From an uncultured virus (IMG/VR IMGVR_UViG_3300027708_002017) (lineage: Duplodnaviria; Heunggongvirae; Uroviricota; Caudoviricetes), in IMG/VR virus record IMGVR_UViG_3300027708_002017: a stretch of DNA of 20,000 nt, one strand, 5' to 3'. The notes under the pieces were generated by a model. That model worked only from the letters and a program-made list of their open reading frames with translations, was not told the DNA's origin and ran no database searches. Made by a program: the position numbers and the translations under genes. Of the stretch, positions 15,181-20,000 are shown piece by piece (position 1 is the first letter of the stretch; each line of letters begins with the position of its first letter).

Positions 15181-15391
15181 ACACTCTCCCGCTATGCTGT
15201 CAACCGCTGTGCAGGCGGAGGTGGAGAGTGTGTATTAAAGCACTCTACATGGATGAACCCACTTGCCTTACGGCCTGAGAATGCTTTAATACGCTACGAT
15301 TTTTCGATCCAGAAGAGGAGTTTCATCCCGTAGGCCGCCCATTCGCCCATGTTTAGAGTGCAGGCTAGGATCTCGTTTCCTATACACACTT
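15181..15391 (-). ncRNA. Structured RNA region E between the attenuator and first tRNA, with alternative pairings
   Basis: GTATTAAAGCATTCT/AGAGTGCTTTAATAC and ACACTCTCC/GGAGAGTGT hairpins compete with AGTGTGTAT/ATACACACT and GCACTCTA/TAGAGTGC. Confidence 0.6.
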
Positions 15392-15403
15392 TTTCGAAAG
15401 TCT

Positions 15404-15441
15404 AAAAACAAAAAACCCCAGGGTTTTTAATCCTAGGGTCC
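15404..15441 (-). terminator. Attenuator terminator upstream of the tRNA array
   Basis: GGACCCTAGG-ATTAAAAAC-CCTGGGGTTT followed by TTTGTTTTT. Confidence 0.85.
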
Positions 15442-15490
15442 TTGGAGTTTGAATGTAAACTGTGTTTACAAAATGTCCTCCCGGACCCTG
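15435..15490 (-). promoter_or_regulatory. Antiterminator hairpin overlapping the end of the leader ORF
   Basis: AGGGTCC/GGACCCT plus GGAG/CTCC plus TGTAAAC/GTTTACA; sequesters the terminator 5' arm and contains the leader stop codon. Confidence 0.75.
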
Positions 15491-15612
15491 TGATTCTCTG
15501 GTGTACGATCATATGATAAACTTCCGCCATTAATCGATGACCAAGAACAGGCTATAATGCCTGCCTGCTTGGGCATTGTATTAAACAGCTGATGTCTAAA
15601 ATTTGATTGCAT
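15466..15612 (-). CDS. Putative attenuator leader peptide, 48 aa (MQSNFRHQLFNTMPKQAGIIACSWSSINGGSLSYDRTPENHRVREDIL)
   Basis: ATG after purine-rich AAGAAGAGATAAACGAGAAACAAA; between the promoters and terminator; all 20 amino acids; below the ORF-track cutoff. Confidence 0.7.
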   Translation of the reverse strand: MQSNFRHQLFNTMPKQAGIIACSWSSINGGSLSYDRTPENHRVREDIL

Positions 15613-15670
15613 TTTGTTTCTCGTTTATCTCTTCTTTAAAATTAGCTAGCATCTTTGCTAACTAGTCTCT

Positions 15671-15699
15671 ATTGTAGCACCTTGCTACCATGTTGTCAA
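15671..15699 (-). promoter_or_regulatory. sigma70 promoter P2 of the leader/tRNA operon
   Basis: TTGACA-17 bp-TACAAT. Confidence 0.85.
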
Positions 15700-15753
15700 C
15701 ACTTTTTAAAAAATATTTTGAAAATTTTTCTGGAGCACTAACAACATGTCTTT

Positions 15754-15782
15754 ATTGTATGTTTATTTAGTCTCTTTGTCAA
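15754..15782 (-). promoter_or_regulatory. sigma70 promoter P1 of the leader/tRNA operon
   Basis: TTGACA-17 bp-TACAAT. Confidence 0.85.
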
Positions 15783-15806
15783 CTACTTGATTGAAATGTT
15801 GTATTT

Positions 15807-16601
15807 TTACGACATCCCAAGATCTTTTCTGATTTTTGTAGCACTGATGTCGGTGATACTGCTGTCAAAAGTTTCTTGTTCAATTCGGTAGCCAACATCT
15901 CGACCATATGTTATGTTTACAATGTTAGGCACTATCTGTATAGTATACTGCCCTTGATACAACATGTCAAGATCTCTTTGAATAAATTTCTTAACTTTTT
16001 CAATTTCAAACGGATTGCTTCCTTGCCAGCCTTGACAATCGCGGATCATGATACACACTTGACCAGTCTTAGCAATGGCACGATCAAACAATGCTCTGTG
16101 GCCATCATGCCATGGCTGCCAACGACCCAGCATCTGCACTGTTTCCTTTTGCCAGTCAAACGTCGGACGTCTACGATTGTCAATGATATGTGCGGCAACA
16201 AACTCGCCCCACTTTTCTGAGTTTTGTTCAGTGATTCTAAAATCGTATTCTGCTGGTTCGACAAACATAGCGTTAGTATCCGCATAACGTCCTTCACGGA
16301 TTGTGTCTACCCAAATAGTCCAATCTGCTTTGAAGTTGTGGCGCATTTCTGCCAATGGCGCAACAAAGTCACAGATAACATAATCCATATCAGTCATGCT
16401 GTCAGCTAGTTCTCGCATACGCAGACTTTGACGAATACGACCAGATTCGCTAAAATCCCAGTCGTTATACCTTTTACGCACATCATCGGCATTAAGCCAT
16501 CCCACACGTTTCTTTTCAGCTTGCAAATGATTTACAATATGCTGTGCTAGATAAGTTTTGCCTGCGCCAGGCAAGCCCATTACTAATATTCGTTTTGTCA
16601 T
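15807..16601 (-). CDS. Adenylylsulfate-kinase-like domain fused to a HIGH-motif nucleotidyltransferase domain
   Basis: MGLPGAGKT P-loop, LNADDVR...DFS..GR; C-terminal GRWQPWHDGH and YGRDVGY...ISATKIR. Confidence 0.85.
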   Translation of the reverse strand: MTKRILVMGLPGAGKTYLAQHIVNHLQAEKKRVGWLNADDVRKRYNDWDFSESGRIRQSLRMRELADSMTDMDYVICDFVAPLAEMRHNFKADWTIWVDTIREGRYADTNAMFVEPAEYDFRITEQNSEKWGEFVAAHIIDNRRRPTFDWQKETVQMLGRWQPWHDGHRALFDRAIAKTGQVCIMIRDCQGWQGSNPFEIEKVKKFIQRDLDMLYQGQYTIQIVPNIVNITYGRDVGYRIEQETFDSSITDISATKIRKDLGMS

Positions 16602-16801
16602 TGTTTACCCCAAGTAATTTTGTTCCAAACTCTTTCATGCATCCAAAATAAAAATATCTTAGTCATTATCTCAGTAAAGGCAATGCCACTGGCCAGTAAT
16701 ACTTGTCCAGTGATTAGCCAGCTGATAAGAAATGTATCAACTGTGCCGGTTACCCGCCAGCTGACTGCTTTGGCTAGACTTCTTACTGAGGTATCTGTCA
16801 T
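16598..16801 (-). CDS. Small membrane protein, DUF2061-like
   Basis: RSLAKAVSWRVTGT...HERVWNKI.WG. Confidence 0.85.
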   Translation of the reverse strand: MTDTSVRSLAKAVSWRVTGTVDTFLISWLITGQVLLASGIAFTEIMTKIFLFWMHERVWNKITWGKQ

Positions 16802-16832
16802 AAAAATAGGGAACGTGATGTTCCCTATATTT
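16802..16832 (-). terminator. Terminator after rubredoxin
   Basis: ATAGGGAAC-ATCAC-GTTCCCTAT followed by TTTT. Confidence 0.75.
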
Positions 16833-16850
16833 ACTATCTTTAGATAGACC

Positions 16851-16985
16851 TTAGATTATTTCGTATTCGTCTTTGCCTACACCGCATTCTGGACAAGTAA
16901 AATCGGCGGGCAAATCTTCCCATTTACCTTCTGTAGCTTCATCGTGTTCGTGTCCGCAGACTACGCAAATATATACTTGATCCAT
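16851..16985 (-). CDS. Rubredoxin (44 aa), not in the ORF track
   Basis: MDQVYICVVCGHEHDEATEGKWEDLPADFTCPECGVGKDEYEII; two CxxCG knuckles; TAATG overlap with rubrerythrin. Confidence 0.92.
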   Translation of the reverse strand: MDQVYICVVCGHEHDEATEGKWEDLPADFTCPECGVGKDEYEII

Positions 16986-17431
16986 TATAGTGCCTCCAAA
17001 ACTTTCTTGTAAGCATCTGCATGGCGTTGCTCTACTTTTTGTAGTGCGGCAAAACGCTTTTCTGCTTTAGCTAATACTGCCTTGAACTGTTCAGCATGTT
17101 CAACTGATTCGTCGATTTGTTCTTGGAACTCTTGAACTGCTGTATGTCCTTCTTGCGCGGCTTGTTCTTTGAATGTAGGATACATTGTAGTGAACTCGTA
17201 AGTTTCACCTTCGATGGCTTTTTCTAAACATTCTTTAGTTGTTGGGTTGCCGATTAGCAATTCCAAGTGTCCCCAGGCGTGTTTGATTTCCTGATCTGCT
17301 GTGTGTTCGAAATGTTTTGCAACATCCTCGAAGCCCTCTTCGCGAGCAATCCGTGCGAAGTAACGATACTTGATGTGAGCCATAGACTCGCCAGCAAGTG
17401 CCGACTCCAAATTTTTCAATGTAATTGACAT
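16985..17431 (-). CDS. Rubrerythrin (ferritin-like domain; start corrected to MSITLKN)
   Basis: NLESALAGESMA..KY..FA..A..EG, QE..HA, GETYE...MYP; AGGAG SD. Confidence 0.92.
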   Translation of the reverse strand: MSITLKNLESALAGESMAHIKYRYFARIAREEGFEDVAKHFEHTADQEIKHAWGHLELLIGNPTTKECLEKAIEGETYEFTTMYPTFKEQAAQEGHTAVQEFQEQIDESVEHAEQFKAVLAKAEKRFAALQKVEQRHADAYKKVLEAL

Positions 17432-17455
17432 AGTGTCTCCTTGTGTGTTTGTACT

Positions 17456-17533
17456 ATTATATAGTCTATTAGAACTTAAGGTCAATAGTTTTTTCCAATA
17501 ATTATTTTAATAATGCTTATAGAAAAAATCAAT
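17456..17533 (-). promoter_or_regulatory. Rubrerythrin promoter with OxyR/LysR-like boxes
   Basis: TTGACC-18 bp-TATAAT; two ATAG-N7-CAAT boxes at 17485-17499 and 17519-17533. Confidence 0.45.
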
Positions 17534-18089
17534 AACTGTAGCCAAATTGTTCAATGTCTTTTTGGAATAAGTTTGCTATTATACTTTTACTAGTGTCAGT
17601 GTAATAGTCTTTGTAATGATAGTGTTGAGTAACCATTAAATTTGGCAATGGGTCTGTTGTTTCGAACATGTCTTGTATTTGTTTAAATTCAGTTGATAAA
17701 TTTTCATATTTCAAAATCAAAGATACGTCGTGAGTCCATTCAACTTGTGGAGTAGCAGGTGTAAACCACCAAGTGGGCGTTAGTTTAAAATTTTCTAAGT
17801 TTGTTATCCAACTGTCAAATAGTGGATACGGATCTTTGTTTTGATACATTTCATGTATATTTTTTAAAAAATGATAAAAACTAACTGACCTATCCCACGG
17901 ATTTCTAACAACCGCAAATGACCATGTAGGGTTAGTAGTCATCACTTGCAACTTAGGATGTTCGTACCATTCTGATGAATGACGTGTACCTCGGTGTGCT
18001 TTAAGCCATTCACCGATGCTGGATCCTGCTGATTTAGGCACATGAACAAATGTTATATTGGTGTCGCCTGATAAATGAATTGAGGGCAT
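17529..18089 (-). CDS. Sulfotransferase family 2 protein
   Basis: FVHVPKSAGSS (5'-PSB), VRNPWDRSVSFY (3'-PB), KYENL, D...FGY. Confidence 0.88.
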   Translation of the reverse strand: MPSIHLSGDTNITFVHVPKSAGSSIGEWLKAHRGTRHSSEWYEHPKLQVMTTNPTWSFAVVRNPWDRSVSFYHFLKNIHEMYQNKDPYPLFDSWITNLENFKLTPTWWFTPATPQVEWTHDVSLILKYENLSTEFKQIQDMFETTDPLPNLMVTQHYHYKDYYTDTSKSIIANLFQKDIEQFGYSY

Positions 18090-18102
18090 ACACTATATAA
18101 CT

Positions 18103-18128
18103 AAAAAAGGACCTGAAGGTCCTTTTTT
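18103..18128 (-). terminator. Bidirectional intrinsic terminator
   Basis: AAAAAAGGACC-TGAA-GGTCCTTTTTT. Confidence 0.88.
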
Positions 18129-18148
18129 ATAATTCCAAAAATCAGGAA

Positions 18149-18712
18149 TTAGAATGAACGTGTATAAAACACATTGTAACCATCTTGACGTGAATCACCT
18201 GTGATCTTGTCGAAACGGAAACCAACTGCATTCTCTTTGTTGATTGCGTATGCAACACCAACACGAACTGTTTGAGTTGTGTCATTGTTTACATTTGCGT
18301 TGTGCATTGCTGTGCGATAGCGATATCCCAACTGAGCAGTAAGACCTGTACTACCAATAGGAGCTTTGATTCCTGGCTCTACTGAATAGTATGTGAATTG
18401 ACCGCTAGTGCTATACTTTTCGCCTACTGCTACTTTAGTATAACCAAGAACTGGGCCATACAACGGAACAGTTGCAGTACCACCAGCTTCTAAACGTGTA
18501 CTAACTGCATTTGTGTTATCAGTTTGTGTAGACGATAGTTGTGTGTGAACACTGAATGTACTGTTGATTGACTCACTTAATGTGAAGTTAGTATTTTTTT
18601 GATCGTTGCCACCGTTTTTAGTGTCTAATTGAGCACCTTCGATTGTAACTGATCCGGCAAATACCATTCCGCTAAGTGTCAAGGCTACTAAGCCTGCTAA
18701 TAGTTTCTTCAT
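18149..18712 (-). CDS. Outer-membrane beta-barrel/porin-like protein
   Basis: Signal peptide ending VFA, alternating amphipathic beta strands, C-terminal YTRSF (Bam signal-like). Confidence 0.8.
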   Translation of the reverse strand: MKKLLAGLVALTLSGMVFAGSVTIEGAQLDTKNGGNDQKNTNFTLSESINSTFSVHTQLSSTQTDNTNAVSTRLEAGGTATVPLYGPVLGYTKVAVGEKYSTSGQFTYYSVEPGIKAPIGSTGLTAQLGYRYRTAMHNANVNNDTTQTVRVGVAYAINKENAVGFRFDKITGDSRQDGYNVFYTRSF

Positions 18713-18757
18713 GTTTTTCTTCCTTTTTTAAATGACAAAATGTTGCGTCATTGAACT

Positions 18758-18786
18758 AGTATATATGCCTAAACAAGACTAGTCAA
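18758..18786 (-). promoter_or_regulatory. sigma70-type promoter
   Basis: TTGACT-17 bp-TATACT. Confidence 0.7.
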
Positions 18787-18800
18787 GATTTATTTAGCTC

Positions 18801-18828
18801 AAAAAGAAACCCGCCGAAACGGGTTTCT
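18801..18828 (-). terminator. Terminator after tmRNA
   Basis: AGAAACCCG(T)-TTCG-(G)CGGGTTTCT followed by TTTT. Confidence 0.9.
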
Positions 18829-19136
18829 ACTATTTTGGGTGATAAGGTATAGCTACCTCACGAGGGCTGTTTCTTAGGCAGCGATTGCAAATTCTTCGTC
18901 ATTCATTGCTGAAATGTCGAAGTCTACTTGCACAAACTCGAATGTATTTGCGTTTGCATTTACGATTTTTGCTTGATTTACAGTCATCGCCTACTGTGTT
19001 GCCGTCTCTATTATCTCACCCTGTCGAAACCATGGCTCGCCCAACTAAGAATACTAATCCAATACACTTAGGTGGACGAGGCGGGAGTCGAACCCGCGTC
19101 CAGAATGCCTTCACTTTGAAGGGATTACAACAATTC
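18829..19136 (-). ncRNA. ssrA: Circularly permuted two-piece tmRNA
   Basis: Acceptor piece ending GGTTCGACTCCCGCCTCGTCCACC (3' end 19071) precedes the coding piece starting GGGCGAG...TTCGAC (5' end 19042); G3:U70; tag frame 18957-18874 ends FAIAA; outer ends approximate. Confidence 0.92.
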
Positions 19137-19144
19137 TTTAAAAA

Positions 19145-19210
19145 TTAACGCTTTTTGCGAGTAGCTCGCATTGCTCGTGCTTTGATTGATTTTACGCGAC
19201 CTTTTGTCAT
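19145..19210 (-). CDS. 21-aa highly basic peptide MTKGRVKSIKARAMRATRKKR
   Basis: AAGGAG SD; between the promoter at 19238-19266 and tmRNA. Confidence 0.65.
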   Translation of the reverse strand: MTKGRVKSIKARAMRATRKKR

Positions 19211-19237
19211 AGCTGACTCCTTAGTTGTTGAGTATGT

Positions 19238-19266
19238 ATTATACTGTCATATATTTAGCACCGCAA
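19238..19266 (-). promoter_or_regulatory. sigma70-type promoter for the peptide and tmRNA
   Basis: TTGCGG-17 bp-TATAAT. Confidence 0.6.
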
Positions 19267-19321
19267 CAATTTTGGCTAGAAAAAACTAAATACTAGTACA
19301 TTAAACACCGGGAGCGAATCG

Positions 19322-19912
19322 ATGGCATTAGTCGACTCAGTATTAAATTTAATTAACAAACAACCAAAAGATCCCAACGCACCAAAACCACCAGTTGGAT
19401 CACGTAGCGAACGTGAAGCAAAATTAAAAGACAAAGCAGGTATGGTAATTAGTGTATTTGCACTATTACTTGCTGTCAACAGCTGGTACGGTGGTACTCT
19501 AAGTAGCAAAACTTTAAACAACACAATTGCTTCAAACAATGTCTGGGCATTTTATCAAGCCAAAAGTATCAAACAAACGCTAGCTGAGCAAAGCCTTGAC
19601 GATGCTACCTATCGCAAAGACACAGAAAAAATGGCCAAACTACAGGCCAAAATTGACCGTTATGAAAGCGATCCAAAGACAGGTGAAGGCAAGAAGGAAC
19701 TATTTGAAAAAGCCCGTGCCTTAGAAGCTGAGCGTGACGAAGCCAAAAAGCGTAGCCCATGGATTGGCTATGCTAGTACAATGTATCAATTAAGCATTGT
19801 TGTGTTATCAGCAAGTATTCTTGCAGTTAGTATGGCAATGTTCTGGGGAAGTTTCTTTGTTGCTGGTTTAGGCTTATTGCTATCAGCACAAGGTGTATTT
19901 CTCTTTATCTAA
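19322..19912 (+). CDS. Membrane protein, DUF4337-like
   Basis: GGAG SD; TM helix, ASNNVWAFYQAKSIKQ motif, coiled coil, QLSIVVLSASIL and two C-terminal TM helices. Confidence 0.8.
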   Translation: MALVDSVLNLINKQPKDPNAPKPPVGSRSEREAKLKDKAGMVISVFALLLAVNSWYGGTLSSKTLNNTIASNNVWAFYQAKSIKQTLAEQSLDDATYRKDTEKMAKLQAKIDRYESDPKTGEGKKELFEKARALEAERDEAKKRSPWIGYASTMYQLSIVVLSASILAVSMAMFWGSFFVAGLGLLLSAQGVFLFI

Positions 19913-20000
19913 AGAACACCCTTAGGACCGGTACTAGTTACCGAAGGTGTAGGCGGCTGCTGCCTTGAGCCATGCGATTCGCTACCGTAAATCTCTAAAG

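Noticed and set aside
139..16847. Numerous plus-strand ORFs of 60-124 aa in the ORF track
   Set aside because: They are antisense shadows of well-supported minus-strand genes or tRNAs and lack recognisable motifs.
19071..19110. An additional ordinary tRNA
   Set aside because: Only the T arm and acceptor 3' strand are present; this is the tmRNA acceptor piece.
18885..19539. ORFs 18885-19148 (+) and 19276-19539 (-)
   Set aside because: Antisense to tmRNA and to the DUF4337-like gene respectively.

Overview
This window looks like part of a large tailed (jumbo-type) phage genome, probably infecting a proteobacterium; the host is an inference from the sigma70 promoters, the tmRNA tag and the porin. 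Almost everything is on the minus strand. The core (4556-15166) is an array of 29 tRNA genes covering all 20 amino acids. It is interleaved with 2OG-Fe(II) oxygenases, a Trp-halogenase-like gene, a sulfotransferase-like gene, a parvulin, an RNA polymerase omega homologue and several structured spacer RNAs. Flanking genes include an APS kinase fusion, rubrerythrin/rubredoxin, an outer-membrane beta-barrel, a permuted two-piece tmRNA with a 27-aa tag and a tail-fibre-like gene. The top observation lies at the head of the tRNA array. Two consensus sigma70 promoters precede an unannotated 48-codon leader ORF that uses all 20 amino acids, followed by mutually exclusive antiterminator/terminator hairpins. 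This is a candidate ribosome-mediated attenuator that would switch on phage tRNA supply when any tRNA becomes limiting. All calls were made by eye, with no database searches.
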